The position numbers and the translations under genes are program-made. DNA of 64,000 bases from an uncultured delta proteobacterium (GTDB lineage Bacteria; Myxococcota_A; Polyangia; Polyangiales; B10-G4). Location: positions 640,001 through 704,000 of the forward strand of contig CAVSGI010000006.1 in the NCBI GenBank assembly GCA_963727445.1, written 5' to 3'. A model generated the notes under the pieces. It made no database searches. It had not been told where the DNA came from and saw only the letters and a list, made by a program, of their open reading frames with translations. Shown piece after piece: positions 11,342 to 24,291 of this stretch (positions are counted from its first letter, which is position 1; the number at the start of each line of letters is the position of its first letter).

Positions 11342-11545
11342 GTGACGGTCCGGGTCCGGGTGGCCGACGAGGACGCGGTCGTGCTCCGCTCCATCCTCGA
11401 GGCCTACGAGGGGCTGGCGAGCTACTGGGCGGACGGCTCCGGGGTCTACGTCCTGATGGCCCCCGAAGGACGGGGGCCCGAGCTCGACGGTCTGCTCGCC
11501 GACCTGCGCCGGGAAGGGCTCTCCCTGGCCCGACTCGATCGCTGA
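11342..11545 (+). CDS. Small hypothetical protein (DUF4911-like)
   Basis: LRSILEAYEGLA motif resembles DUF4911 proteins; start uncertain (GTG). Confidence 0.55.
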   Translation: MTVRVRVADEDAVVLRSILEAYEGLASYWADGSGVYVLMAPEGRGPELDGLLADLRREGLSLARLDR

Positions 11546-11570
11546 GTGCCGGGTCGATTTCCGCCGTTTT

Positions 11571-11600
11571 TTGACCGCGGCAGTCTGCGCTCCCTACAAT
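11571..11600 (+). promoter_or_regulatory. sigma70-type promoter
   Basis: TTGACC-N18-TACAAT just upstream of the YbgF-like gene. Confidence 0.5.
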
Positions 11601-11613
11601 CGCAGTCGCACCC

Positions 11614-12579
11614 GTGCCTACACGCGCCAAAGACCTCTCCTCCCTCACCACAATCTCGCTCTCCTTGTGGGCGATCTTCACCGTCGGGTGTGGAGGCGCG
11701 GCGACGCCGCCTCCCGAGACGGCGGACGCAGTGGGGCCCGAGCGCGAGCTCGCCCAGCTTCGCCAACAGAACGAGGAGCTCTCGTCGCGGCTGCGCGAGC
11801 TCGAGAGCAGTCTGTCGCTTTCGCGTGCGACGGTGCGTGAGCTTCGCGCCGCGGAGCAGCATCGCAATGCAGCGTCGCCCGAGCGCGAGGTGGTGCGCAT
11901 CGGCGGAGCGCCGGCACCCGTCACGCGGGACGTCCGGCCCGGGGAAGAAGGCTGGGACGAGCCGAGGGCCGAAGAGGAGACCTTCGGGATCCAGGACGAC
12001 GGAAGCGAGGGGCCGCGCCCCTTGCTCACGCTCTACGGCTCGCCGGCGGCGCCCATCGATACTTCGATTCCGCTTCAGATCCCCCCCGCACCCCCCGGAG
12101 TTCCTGGGAGCCTTCCGGTGGCCGCGCTGCCTGCACCGGAGCTGGCTTTCCGATCGGCCTCGAGCCCCGCGCCCGCGCGCGACGCCCGCGAGGAGCGCGT
12201 GCGGCAGGCCGACCGCGCGGCGGTGACCGCTTACCAACAGGCGCTGGCACACCTGAGGGACCGGCAGTTCGCCGAGGCTCTCCGTGCCTTCGACGACTTC
12301 CTTCGATCTCACCCACGCCACCCCTACGCCGCGAGCGCGGTGTACTGGCAGGGCGAGGTCTATTACGCGATGCGAGACTATCGGCTCGCGCTTTCGCGCT
12401 TCGAGCGGGTCGTGGACCAGTATCCCGAGGCGAGCAAGGTCGCCGACTCGCTCTACAAGATGGGCCTTTGTCAAAAGCGAATGGGACGGGAGCGGGCTGC
12501 TCGCCGTATCTTCGAGCAGGTGCGTCGCCGCTATCCGGACAGCGTGGCGGCGCGTCTCTCGGTGCAGGAGGACGCCTGA
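11614..12579 (+). CDS. Tol-Pal YbgF/CpoB-like TPR lipoprotein
   Basis: Lipobox TVGC, coiled coil, C-terminal TPR (A.YWQGE.YY, YP.ASKVADSLYKMG, YPDS.AA). Confidence 0.85.
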   Translation: MPTRAKDLSSLTTISLSLWAIFTVGCGGAATPPPETADAVGPERELAQLRQQNEELSSRLRELESSLSLSRATVRELRAAEQHRNAASPEREVVRIGGAPAPVTRDVRPGEEGWDEPRAEEETFGIQDDGSEGPRPLLTLYGSPAAPIDTSIPLQIPPAPPGVPGSLPVAALPAPELAFRSASSPAPARDAREERVRQADRAAVTAYQQALAHLRDRQFAEALRAFDDFLRSHPRHPYAASAVYWQGEVYYAMRDYRLALSRFERVVDQYPEASKVADSLYKMGLCQKRMGRERAARRIFEQVRRRYPDSVAARLSVQEDA

Positions 12580-13775
12580 TGAAACGCGCGCTCTTCATCT
12601 CGATCCTGGTAGCCCTGGTGGGCGTCTCGTCGGGCGTCTCTCGGGCTGCATTGGCCCAGGTCAGCGTCGATGACGAGCCCGAGTACTGGGAAGACGAGGG
12701 AACCACCGGCGACTACATCGGCGATGGTGCCCAGGCGAGCGCGGGCTCGCAGTCGCTGGAGGAGGCCCGCCAGAGCGGCGTCGGGCTGCGCCTCGGTGGG
12801 GGCAGCCTCTCGCCGCGCCAGGTGCCGGAGCGCTACACGGTCCGTCGTGGGGACACGCTCTGGGACATCACGGGGCACTTCTACGGCAACCCGTGGCAGT
12901 GGCCGAGGGTGTGGTCCTACAACCCGGAGATCACCAACCCGCACTGGATCTATCCGGACGACACGCTGCGACTGGTCCCTCAGGGCTCGGCGGAGGTGCG
13001 CCTGCCCGAGGACGAGGGAAGCGAGCCGGTTCGGGTCACACAAGGCACGCTCGAGCCGGGCAGCATCTTCCTGCGCGATCAGGGCTACCTCGATCCGGAC
13101 GCGCTCAACACCTTCGGAGAGATCGTGGGCTCGCCCGAGGACCACATGCTCCTGTCGAGCTACGACGAGGTCTACGTCCAGTTCAGCGACGACGCCGAAG
13201 GGGTGCGCCGGGGCATGGAGCTCTCGATCTTCCGGCGCATGCACGCGCGCGATCGCGCCCCGGAAGAGCAGGGTGAGCTGGTGCGGGTCTTCGGTACCGT
13301 CAACCTTCGAAGCTACGATCCGGAGACCAAGGTCGGCCGCGGGACCATCACCGAAGCCCTCGATCCCATCGAGCGAGGCTTCGAGGTCGCCAACATCCCA
13401 CGCCGCTTCGAGATGGTGCCGCCGCGGGAGAACTCCACCGATCTCGACGCGGAGGTGGTCGCGGCGCTGCGGCCGCTCCAGCTCTTCGGCGACAACCAGG
13501 TCATCTTCGTCAACGCCGGCGAGGAGCAGGGCGTCAAGCTCGGTAACCGCTTCTTCATCGTCCGCTCCGGCGACGTCTGGCGCGACAACCTCAACACCTC
13601 CGAGCGCACCGCCGGTGCGACCGAGGTCAGCGACGATCCCACCGAGTACCCGGACGAGATCGTGGCCGAGGCCCGCGTCGTCAACGTGCGCCCGGAGACG
13701 AGCGCGCTGATGGTGACGCGCGCCATCGCCGAGATCGGAATCGGCGACCGCGCCGAGATGCGTCGCGGATATTAG
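12579..13775 (+). CDS. LysM peptidoglycan-binding protein (TsaP-like)
   Basis: Signal peptide; YTVRRGDTLWDI..FYGNPWQWPRVW..NPEITNPHWIYP. Confidence 0.88.
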   Translation: MKRALFISILVALVGVSSGVSRAALAQVSVDDEPEYWEDEGTTGDYIGDGAQASAGSQSLEEARQSGVGLRLGGGSLSPRQVPERYTVRRGDTLWDITGHFYGNPWQWPRVWSYNPEITNPHWIYPDDTLRLVPQGSAEVRLPEDEGSEPVRVTQGTLEPGSIFLRDQGYLDPDALNTFGEIVGSPEDHMLLSSYDEVYVQFSDDAEGVRRGMELSIFRRMHARDRAPEEQGELVRVFGTVNLRSYDPETKVGRGTITEALDPIERGFEVANIPRRFEMVPPRENSTDLDAEVVAALRPLQLFGDNQVIFVNAGEEQGVKLGNRFFIVRSGDVWRDNLNTSERTAGATEVSDDPTEYPDEIVAEARVVNVRPETSALMVTRAIAEIGIGDRAEMRRGY

Positions 13776-13785
13776 TCTAGGAGAA

Positions 13786-13885
13786 GGCTTTCGGCCGCGA
13801 GCGGCAGGGCCCGCGAAGGCCCGCCTTGCGGGCCGCAGCGGGACCGGAGCGCAGCGGACGAAAGCCGGGAGTGCGCTCCCCGGCC
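13786..13885. repeat. Dispersed palindromic REP/REPIN-like element, copy 2
   Basis: Nested inverted repeats ggctttcg.ccgc / gcggacgaaagcc; reverse complement resembles 3472-3572; lies between convergent genes. Confidence 0.6.
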
Positions 13886-13893
13886 CCCTCGCC

Positions 13894-14385
13894 TCAGTCG
13901 AGGCCGGTGTCGCAGTAGATGTGGTTGTCGCTGCGGTCGGTGCACATCGCCAGGCCGGTGGTGCAGAGCATCGAGCCGAGGCAGCTGCAGGTGCGGTCGG
14001 CGCTGCACGCCGAGGGGACGGCCATGCAGGTGAAGCTGGTCGGCCCGCCGCAGGCGCACTCGAAGCACACCTCGGTGGCGGGATCGCAGGTCTCGGTGCC
14101 GCATGGGGTGCCGCTCGCGTCTCCGCTGGTCCCGGTGTCGCTCGCGTCCGCGCTGGCGCCAGTGTCGCCGGCTGTGCCGGTGTCGCCGCTGGTGCCGGTG
14201 TCGCCGGCTGTGCCGGTGTCGGTGCCGGTGTCGCCGGCCGTGCCGGTGTCGGAGCTGGTGCCTGTGTCGCCGGCCGTGCCGGTGTCGGAGCCAGTCCCGG
14301 TGTCGGAAGCCACTCCGTCGTCACCACAGGCGACGAGGGAGAGAGCCAGAGCGAGGGCGAGGATGGAGGTTCGAATGGAAGCCAT
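13894..14385 (-). CDS. Lipoprotein with DTG/T-A-G repeat linker and Cys-rich C-terminus
   Basis: LALSLVAC lipobox; tandem (GDTGTA/SDTGTS) repeats at ~14130-14310; Cys-rich C-terminal domain. Confidence 0.8.
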   Translation of the reverse strand: MASIRTSILALALALSLVACGDDGVASDTGTGSDTGTAGDTGTSSDTGTAGDTGTDTGTAGDTGTSGDTGTAGDTGASADASDTGTSGDASGTPCGTETCDPATEVCFECACGGPTSFTCMAVPSACSADRTCSCLGSMLCTTGLAMCTDRSDNHIYCDTGLD

Positions 14386-14414
14386 GGAGGGGAGGATAGC
14401 GCGTTGTCGGGCGC

Positions 14415-15905
14415 TCAGCCCCTCCAGAACGAGGGGTAGAGCACCACGAGCGCCGAGAACATCTCGAGGCGGCCGATGAGCATGTTCGCGCTCAAGAACC
14501 ACTTGCTGGCGTCGGAGAGGAACGCGAAGTTGTGGCTGGGCCCGACCTCGCCGAAGCCGGGGCCGATGTTCATGAGGGTGACGATGACCGAGCTCATGGC
14601 GGTGGTGATGTCTACACCGTCGACGAGCGCCATGAACATGCCGCCCACGATCACCAACAGGATGTTCACGATGAAGTAGATGAGCGCGAGGGTGACGATG
14701 GACCTGTCGAGGCGCTGCCCGTCGAGGCGCACCGAGACCACCGCCAGCGGCTGAAAGTAGGACTTCTTGATGGCGGCCACCATGAACTTCCAGATGATCA
14801 GGAAGTGCACGATCTTGATGCCGCTGCCGGTCGAGCCGGAGCACGGGCCGACGAAGCAGACGGCATAGAGGAACATCTGTGCGGCGTTCGGCCACTTCTC
14901 GTAGTCCGCAGTCGTGTAGCCGGTCGTGGTCAGGATCGAGACGACCTGGAAGCTGCCGTAGCGGAAAGAATCGATCAGGCTCGAGTAGGTCCCGGCGCTG
15001 TAGAGGATCAACGTCACGCTGACGCAGAAGAAGAGGACGGCGGCCACGTACCAGTGGAACTCGGTGTTGGCGCGGAACGCCCGCCACTCCCCGCGCGACA
15101 TGCGGAAGAAGAGCACGAAGTTCATCCCGCCGAAGAACATGAAGACCGTCGTCACCCAGTCGAAGTACGCGTTGTCGTAGTGGGCGATGCTGTCGTTGTA
15201 GGGGGAGTAGCCGGAGGTGGAGACGGTGCCGAAGGCGTGGCAGAGGGCGTCGAAGAGGGACATGCCGCCAGCCGTGTAGAGGATGACCTGCGCGAGGTTG
15301 ATCGCGCTGTAGAGCAGCCAGAGGTAGCGCATCGTGTCCCGGTTGCGGGCGGTGAAGCGCTCCTTGGTGATCAACTGGCCGGGGCTGGATTCGGCGCGAA
15401 AGAGGCGCAGCCCACCCATGCCGTGGGGCAGGATCAAGGCGGCCAGCGTGACGAAGCCCATGCCGCCGATGAAGTGGGTCTCGCTCCGCCACATGAGCAG
15501 CCCGTGGGGCACGACCTCGATGTCGGTGAGGATCGTCGAGCCCGTCGTCGTGTAGCCCGACATCATTTCGAAGAACGCGTCGGTGAAGGACGAAATCGAC
15601 CCGTGAAAGACGAAGGGCAGGCCCGAGACGGCAGAGACGACGACCCACCCGAAGGTCGCGACGAAGAACGCGCTCCGCGCGTCGAGGTCGTCGTTGCCTC
15701 GGAAGAACCAGCGCAGGGGCGCGCCAATCCCGGCCGTGATGAGCGCGGCGAGGACCAGCGCCCCGGCGTCACCTTCTCCGTAGATCAGCGCGACGGCGAT
15801 CGGCAGCAGCATCGATGCGCTGATGACCAGCAGCAGCATCCCGAAGACGAAGGCCACGGGCGCGACGATGCGAAGGAGCGGATGTGGCTTCTTCCAAGAG
15901 CTCAT
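14415..15905 (-). CDS. trkH: Trk potassium uptake membrane protein
   Basis: FFEMMSGYTTTG, GGMG, TVSTSGYS, TTTGY, GSTGSGIK, NIGPGFG, MLIGRLE. Confidence 0.95.
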   Translation of the reverse strand: MSSWKKPHPLLRIVAPVAFVFGMLLLVISASMLLPIAVALIYGEGDAGALVLAALITAGIGAPLRWFFRGNDDLDARSAFFVATFGWVVVSAVSGLPFVFHGSISSFTDAFFEMMSGYTTTGSTILTDIEVVPHGLLMWRSETHFIGGMGFVTLAALILPHGMGGLRLFRAESSPGQLITKERFTARNRDTMRYLWLLYSAINLAQVILYTAGGMSLFDALCHAFGTVSTSGYSPYNDSIAHYDNAYFDWVTTVFMFFGGMNFVLFFRMSRGEWRAFRANTEFHWYVAAVLFFCVSVTLILYSAGTYSSLIDSFRYGSFQVVSILTTTGYTTADYEKWPNAAQMFLYAVCFVGPCSGSTGSGIKIVHFLIIWKFMVAAIKKSYFQPLAVVSVRLDGQRLDRSIVTLALIYFIVNILLVIVGGMFMALVDGVDITTAMSSVIVTLMNIGPGFGEVGPSHNFAFLSDASKWFLSANMLIGRLEMFSALVVLYPSFWRG

Positions 15906-17290
15906 GACAGGAAGAGCCGCTGCAGGTGGCCCAGGTGCTCCTCGGTGCACACGCAGACCACCCGGTCGCCGCCCTCGATCTTCGTGCTTCCGACCGCGAC
16001 CTGCCAGCCTTCCTTCCGAGCGACCGCGCCGATGGTGATGCGCCCCCGAAGCGCGCTCTGCTCGAAGAGGGGGCGCTTGGTGATGGGGGAGCCGGCCTCG
16101 GCGAGGAGCTCGACCACCTCGGCGTTGCAGCCGTGCAGGTGCGCCACCGACAGCACGCTGTCTCGGCGGATGTGTCTCAGCACCGCGTTGGCCGCGAGGA
16201 TCTTGCGGTTCAGCGCGATGTCGGTGCCCATGGTCGAGGCGAGGGTCAGGTACTCCTGGCGCTTCACGAGGGCGATGGTCTTGGCCAGCTGCGCCCGCTT
16301 GTCGTCGGTGCGGGTGTGGATCAGGTGCTTGGCCAGCACGCTGGTCATGATGTTCGTCTCGTTGTCGCCGGTGGTGGCGACGATGGTGTCCATGTTGAGG
16401 AGCCCGGCGAGCACCAGCGTCTCGCGGTCCGAGCCGTCGCCGTGGAGCACCTGTGTCGACTTGAGCATGTGCGACAGCGCTTCGGCGCGCATTTCGTTTC
16501 GTTCGAGGAGCGTGACGGCGTAGGACGACTCGAGCAGCTGCGCCACGCGCGCGCCAATCAGCGCGCCACCGATGATCAGCACGTTGTGCCGGTTCTCGGT
16601 ACGCATCTCGAGGAACTCCATCAGCTTCGGCATGTCGCCGGCGCCGGCCATCAGGTAGATGCGGTCGTCGGTCTGAAGCTCGAAGTCGCCGTCGGGGATG
16701 AGGGTGTCGATGTCGCGGGTCACACACCCGATCCGGAAGACGAACTCGTCGAACTTGCCGCTCAGCTCCTTGATCTGCATCCCGCGCATCGGCGAGTAGG
16801 GGCCCACGTTCGTGGCGAGCACTTGGAGATCCCCGTCACCGACATCCACCAGCACGTTGCCGGCGCGCATCTTGAGCAGGCGCACGATCTCCTGCGCCGT
16901 GAGCTCCTCGGGGCGGATCACCAGGTCGATGCCGAGGTCGGACGCGCTCAGGGCGCCATCCTCGTCCCAGACGGCGATGCTGCGACTGCGGACGATCTTC
17001 TGCTCGATGCCGTAGCTGTCGGCGATCATGGCGGCGACGATGTTCACGGCGTCGTCGTCGGTGGTCGCGATCAGGTAGTCCATCTTGGCCGCTTCGGCCT
17101 CGTCCCAGTGGGAGAAGTCGGTGGCGGAGCCGTGGATCAGCCGGGCATCCATCTCCGCGTCGGCCTTGTTGATCTTGTCGCGATCGGACTCGATCACGGT
17201 GACCTGATGGCCCTCCATCGACAGGCGCCGGGCCAGGTACTCACCCATGCCGCCCAGCCCCAGGAGGAGGATGTTTTCGGACTTCATCAT
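15902..17290 (-). CDS. trkA: Trk potassium uptake regulatory subunit (two RCK domains)
   Basis: GLGGMG and IIGGALIG Rossmann motifs, ATTDDDAVN, TTGDNETN. Confidence 0.93.
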   Translation of the reverse strand: MMKSENILLLGLGGMGEYLARRLSMEGHQVTVIESDRDKINKADAEMDARLIHGSATDFSHWDEAEAAKMDYLIATTDDDAVNIVAAMIADSYGIEQKIVRSRSIAVWDEDGALSASDLGIDLVIRPEELTAQEIVRLLKMRAGNVLVDVGDGDLQVLATNVGPYSPMRGMQIKELSGKFDEFVFRIGCVTRDIDTLIPDGDFELQTDDRIYLMAGAGDMPKLMEFLEMRTENRHNVLIIGGALIGARVAQLLESSYAVTLLERNEMRAEALSHMLKSTQVLHGDGSDRETLVLAGLLNMDTIVATTGDNETNIMTSVLAKHLIHTRTDDKRAQLAKTIALVKRQEYLTLASTMGTDIALNRKILAANAVLRHIRRDSVLSVAHLHGCNAEVVELLAEAGSPITKRPLFEQSALRGRITIGAVARKEGWQVAVGSTKIEGGDRVVCVCTEEHLGHLQRLFLS

Positions 17291-17401
17291 CCCTTTCCGG
17301 CCCCTTATCACGTCGTGGGGCGCGGATTGCTGGCAATTTGTCGCCTGCCCCTGTCGCCCAGATTGCGGCCGGAGGCGACAATCGGCGAAAATCGAGGCGC
17401 C

Positions 17402-19225
17402 GTGGTCGCGGAGGTAGAAGAGCTGAAGAAAGCCCTGGCCCGGGAGCGGGAGAAGCTCTCGGCGCTCAAGGACATCGGCGCCGCTCTCGGCTCTACCCTC
17501 GATCTCGGGGAGCTGCTGGTTCTCGTCCTCGATCGCGTCTCCCCCCTCATGGACGCGGACCGCTCCACTCTCTACCTGCTGGACGAGGACACCGGCGAGC
17601 TCTGGTCGAAGGTCGCGCAGGGCGAGGACGAGCGCGAGATACGCCTCAAGGTCGGTGAGGGGCTCGCTGGCTTCGTCGCGAAGACCGGTCAGGTCCTCAA
17701 CATCAAGGACGTCTACCAGGACCCACGCTTCGACGCGGAGTGGGACCGTCGCACCGGTTATCGAACTCGCTCCGTCCTCGCGGTGCCGATGAAGAACCAG
17801 CACGGCCGAACCATCGGCGTGGTGCAGGTGCTGAACAAGCGCGAGGGGGACTTCACCGAGGAGGACGTCGAGCTCCTCACCGCGCTCGCGTCGCAGGCGG
17901 CGGTCTCCATCGAGAACTCGAAGCTCTTCCTGTCGGTGGTCGGCAAGAACATGGAGCTGCTCGAGACCAAGGAGCAGCTCGAGCGCAAGGTGCGCGATCA
18001 GGACGTGCTCTTCGAGATCGCGCAGGTGTCGGCGAGCGCACTCGAGCTCGACGACCTTCTCGAGGGTGTGCTCGGGCGAACGATGCGCGCCATCGACGCC
18101 GAAGCGGCGTCGATCCTCATCAGCGACGAGGATACGGGCGACCTGCGCTTCCGCGCGGCGGTTGGCGGCGAGCCGGAAGCGGTTCAACACCTGCGCATCA
18201 AGGCGGGGCAGGGGATCAGCGGCTGGGTCGCCAAGAACAAGAAGCCCCAGGTCGTGAACGAGGTCGACGACGACCCGCGCCACAGCAAGACCATCGCCGA
18301 CCGCGTCGGCTACCACCCGCGCTCGGTTCTATGCGTCCCGCTCGAGTGGGATGGGGGCGGGGGCGCGCTCGAGTTCTTGAACAAGAGCGGCGGCCGCGAG
18401 CCTTTCGCCGAGGACGACATCCGGCTGGCCACCATGGTGGCGGGTCACGTCTCGACGGCGATTCAGCTGGCCACGGCGCGTCAGCGCCGGGAGCGCGAGG
18501 ACCGTCTGTCCACCATCGGGCAGTTCATGTCGAGCGTCCTGCACGACCTGAAGACGCCGATGACGGTGATCAGCGGCTACGTGCAGCTGTTGACCGAAGA
18601 GAAGGACCCCGAGATGCGGGCCCGCTACGCGGAGCTGGTGCAGCGTCAGGTCGAGCTGATCAACACCATGACCCGCGAGACCCTGGCCTTTGCGCGCGGC
18701 GAGCGGAAGCTCTGGGTGCGCAAGGTCTACCTGCACAAGTTCTTCATCGAGATGGCGGATCAGCTCAAGCGCGAGCTGGAAGGGCAGGGCATCGACGTCG
18801 AGCTCGTGCTCAACGACCGGGGCGTCTTCAAGTTCGACGCCCCGAAGATCCAGCGCGCCATCCACAACCTCGCCCGCAACGCCGCAGAGGCGATCGGGGG
18901 CGAGGGCGGGCGCGTCCAGATCGTCGTGGACCGCCGTGACGACGGCGCGCTGGTGCTGACCGTGAGCGACGACGGGCCGGGCATTCCGGACGAGATCCGG
19001 GCGCAGCTCTTCGCGCCCTTCGCGACCCACGGCAAAGAGGGCGGCACCGGGCTCGGACTCGCGGTGGTGCGCACCATCGTCGAGGACCACGGCGGGCACG
19101 TCTCGGTGGAAAGCGAGCCGGGGAACACCACCTTCACGCTGGTGCTCCCCGAAACGAACGCTGGCCCACGCGACGTCACGCCCTCGACTCCGCGAGAGCG
19201 CGGCGAGGTCGCGCCAGGCGAATAG
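17402..19225 (+). CDS. Dual-GAF sensor histidine kinase
   Basis: Two GAF domains (DPRFD..WDRRTGYRTRSVLAVP, NK..G.F), H-box HDLKTP, N-box NLARNA, DDGPG, GTGLGL. Confidence 0.93.
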   Translation: MVAEVEELKKALAREREKLSALKDIGAALGSTLDLGELLVLVLDRVSPLMDADRSTLYLLDEDTGELWSKVAQGEDEREIRLKVGEGLAGFVAKTGQVLNIKDVYQDPRFDAEWDRRTGYRTRSVLAVPMKNQHGRTIGVVQVLNKREGDFTEEDVELLTALASQAAVSIENSKLFLSVVGKNMELLETKEQLERKVRDQDVLFEIAQVSASALELDDLLEGVLGRTMRAIDAEAASILISDEDTGDLRFRAAVGGEPEAVQHLRIKAGQGISGWVAKNKKPQVVNEVDDDPRHSKTIADRVGYHPRSVLCVPLEWDGGGGALEFLNKSGGREPFAEDDIRLATMVAGHVSTAIQLATARQRREREDRLSTIGQFMSSVLHDLKTPMTVISGYVQLLTEEKDPEMRARYAELVQRQVELINTMTRETLAFARGERKLWVRKVYLHKFFIEMADQLKRELEGQGIDVELVLNDRGVFKFDAPKIQRAIHNLARNAAEAIGGEGGRVQIVVDRRDDGALVLTVSDDGPGIPDEIRAQLFAPFATHGKEGGTGLGLAVVRTIVEDHGGHVSVESEPGNTTFTLVLPETNAGPRDVTPSTPRERGEVAPGE

Positions 19226-19237
19226 AAAAGCGCTGAG

Positions 19238-19768
19238 CTACGCGTGAACCGTCTTCGCCGTCGTGACCGTACGGGTCGTGCGATCCGTGGTGCGATAGTT
19301 CGCCGCCTGCATCATCCACGCGTGCTTCTCGAGGTCTCGGCTGATGCCCATGAGGAGGTCACTCGTGAGGGGGTCGAGGGGATCGACCCGTTCGATGCGT
19401 AACCTCATGCGCTTGGTGACGTCGAGCAGGTGATGGGTGATGGATGTCAGGGCGACCTGGTCCTCCACGAACCCGTTGGGGAACGCGAATCCCTCGGCGT
19501 TCTGGGCGATGGTGAGCGGCATCCCGCTGGGGACGAGGCCGAGGGCGGCCGTCCGCTCGGCTACCTGATCGGCAGCCGCTCGCGTCGTCTCCACCAGCTC
19601 GTCGAGCTTCAGGTGAACGGCGCGAAACTGCGGGCCGACGACGACCCAGTGTGCTTGCTTGGCGACGAGTGACATGGCGACGAGGTCGACGAGCGAAGCC
19701 TGGAGCTCGCCTGCGACTGCATGGCGCGTCTTTTCGTCGAGAGCGTGTGCGATTAGTTCCTGTGCCAC
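19238..19768 (-). CDS. dps: DNA starvation/stationary phase protection protein Dps
   Basis: KQAHWVVVGPQF..VHLKLDE, DQVAER, LEKHAWM. Confidence 0.9.
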   Translation of the reverse strand: MAQELIAHALDEKTRHAVAGELQASLVDLVAMSLVAKQAHWVVVGPQFRAVHLKLDELVETTRAAADQVAERTAALGLVPSGMPLTIAQNAEGFAFPNGFVEDQVALTSITHHLLDVTKRMRLRIERVDPLDPLTSDLLMGISRDLEKHAWMMQAANYRTTDRTTRTVTTAKTVHA

Positions 19769-19814
19769 TGATGGTCTCCTCGTGTTCGTTGTGCTTGGTG
19801 CGCTTTCGGGAGTC

Positions 19815-19830
19815 GCAGTGAACGTGCCAA
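19815..19830 (-). promoter_or_regulatory. sigma54 (-24/-12) promoter of dps
   Basis: Minus strand TTGGCACGTTCACTGC (GG-N10-GC). Confidence 0.7.
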
Positions 19831-20112
19831 GGTCGCGGCCCGGGAAAAACGCGCCTATGGATGTGGCGATTCGTCACGGTCGTCCGTGGCGCCGGTTCGC
19901 GGGTGTGGCCATTTGCCATGCCATCGACCGACTCGCGGGTCGCGAGCCGGCTGCGGCGTTTGAGAAAGCGCACACTGGTCGACCCCGAAGACGAAGCGAA
20001 GGTGAAGCAGGTACTTCCCTCCGACTGATCCGCGCATATGACCATTGGTTGGCCAGCTGGGGCGGCGCGGGTGGGTAGCTTTTCCCCACTCGGGTGAGGA
20101 AACCGGGGACGA

Positions 20113-20127
20113 CGGCCCGGTATGTGC
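20113..20127 (+). promoter_or_regulatory. Possible sigma54 promoter of the sigma factor gene
   Basis: CGGCCCGGTATGTGC, GG-N10-GC spacing, 20 bp before the ATG. Confidence 0.4.
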
Positions 20128-20146
20128 CTTGCTTCTGCGCTCGCAC

Positions 20147-20939
20147 ATGCGCGAGAGAAGACACGAAGAAGCTGCGCTCGTCGCCAGGGGGGCGACAGGC
20201 GAACCCGACGCCTTGCTCAAGTTGATGACGGACAACGCCCCCATGGTGCACGCCCTGGCGCGGCGTCTCTCCGGTCAGAAACAGTCCCGGGAGGACCTGG
20301 TCCACGAGGGCTATCTGGGGCTCCTCAAGGCGGTCGACCGTTTCGATCCGGATAAGGGTACGCGCTTTTCGACCTATGCGCGGCACTGGGTCCGGTACTA
20401 CCAGCAGCGCTTCGCCCGCGAGAATCGCCGGGTGGTGACGCTCCCTCGCACCCGCAACATGGTCAAGGCCCGCAACGGGTCGCGCCGCGTCCGGCGTGAC
20501 CTCGAGCAGGAGCTGGGCGACCGGGTTTCCGACGAGGTGGTGGCGGGGATCCTGGGCGTCGACGTCGAGGACGTGGCGCACGCCCGCATGGAGCACTCCG
20601 GTGCGGACATCTCCATGCACGCCGACGCGAACGAGCTCCACGGAGTACAGAATCTCGGGTGACTTTCCGGACCCCGAGACCGCGGTCGGTGAGCTGGAGG
20701 AGGCCCGGAGCCACCACATGCTTCTCGCCGAGTGTCTCGAGGTGCTCGACGCGCGCGAACGGCGCATCGTCGACGAGCACATCCTCTCCGAGGAGAAGCA
20801 CACGCTCTCGGAGATCGGCGAGGAGCTCGGCGTGTCTCGTGAGCGCGTTCGCCAGCTCGAGAAGCGAGCCCTTCGGAAGATGCGGACGCTGATCGAGACC
20901 CAACACCCCGAGCAGCTCACGCCGACCGCCGCGGCTTGA
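20147..20939 (+). CDS. RpoH/SigB-like sigma70-family factor (one frameshift near 20650)
   Basis: EDLVHEGYLGLLKAVDRFDPDKGTRFSTYARHWV; region 4 TLSEIGEELGVSRERVRQLEKRAL. Confidence 0.9.
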
Positions 20940-20960
20940 GCGCTCAGGGCGTCGTCGCGC

Positions 20961-21323
20961 TCAGTTGTACTCGCGCTCTTCCCGCTCTTGGTCCTCTTTG
21001 CAGTTGATGCAGAGAGTCGTCTCGGGGCGGGCCTTGAGGCGCTTGACGCTGATCGGCTCTCCGCAATCCTCGCAGATACCGAACTCGCCTTCGTCGAGCT
21101 TCTTGAGCGCCTTGTCAATCTTCTTCAGGAACGTTCGGTCGCGTCCGCGGAGTCGGAAGGTGAAGGACTGGATGTACTCGCTCGAAGCGAGGTCGATCTC
21201 GTCGGGTAAATCCGAAGTGTCGAGCGTCATGTCCTTCTCACGACTCTCCTCTGCGCGCGAGATCACGTCCTGACGCTTGCTCTCGAGGATGCTGCGGAAC
21301 TCTGCGATGTCTGCTTTCTTCAT
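20961..21323 (-). CDS. dksA: DksA/TraR C4 zinc-finger protein
   Basis: PDEIDLAS coiled-coil tip, FGICEDCGEPI..KRL.ARP.TTLCINCK. Confidence 0.88.
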   Translation of the reverse strand: MKKADIAEFRSILESKRQDVISRAEESREKDMTLDTSDLPDEIDLASSEYIQSFTFRLRGRDRTFLKKIDKALKKLDEGEFGICEDCGEPISVKRLKARPETTLCINCKEDQEREEREYN

Positions 21324-21362
21324 GACGACTCGCCTCCGAAACGCTTACAGCGAGGATTCGAT

Positions 21363-21377
21363 GCTAACCGAGTGCCG
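21363..21377 (-). promoter_or_regulatory. Possible sigma54 promoter of dksA
   Basis: Minus strand CGGCACTCGGTTAGC (GGCAC, GG-N10-GC). Confidence 0.45.
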
Positions 21378-21488
21378 GGTCCAGTCAAGGACCGGCGTTC
21401 TACGTACGCACGACGTATGCGCCCGACGATCTTCGTCGGTGATTGTGCGCTCCTCGATTCCCGCTTGACACGAGACGCGGTGTTGGTC

Positions 21489-24287
<2,799 letters not shown>

Positions 24288-24291
<4 letters not shown>

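Noticed and set aside
15926..17401. Long N-terminal extension of the GAF kinase and other long Arg/Pro/Gly-rich ORFs in the track
   Set aside because: These are antisense or alternative-frame shadow ORFs of real genes (here trkA), expected in high-GC DNA
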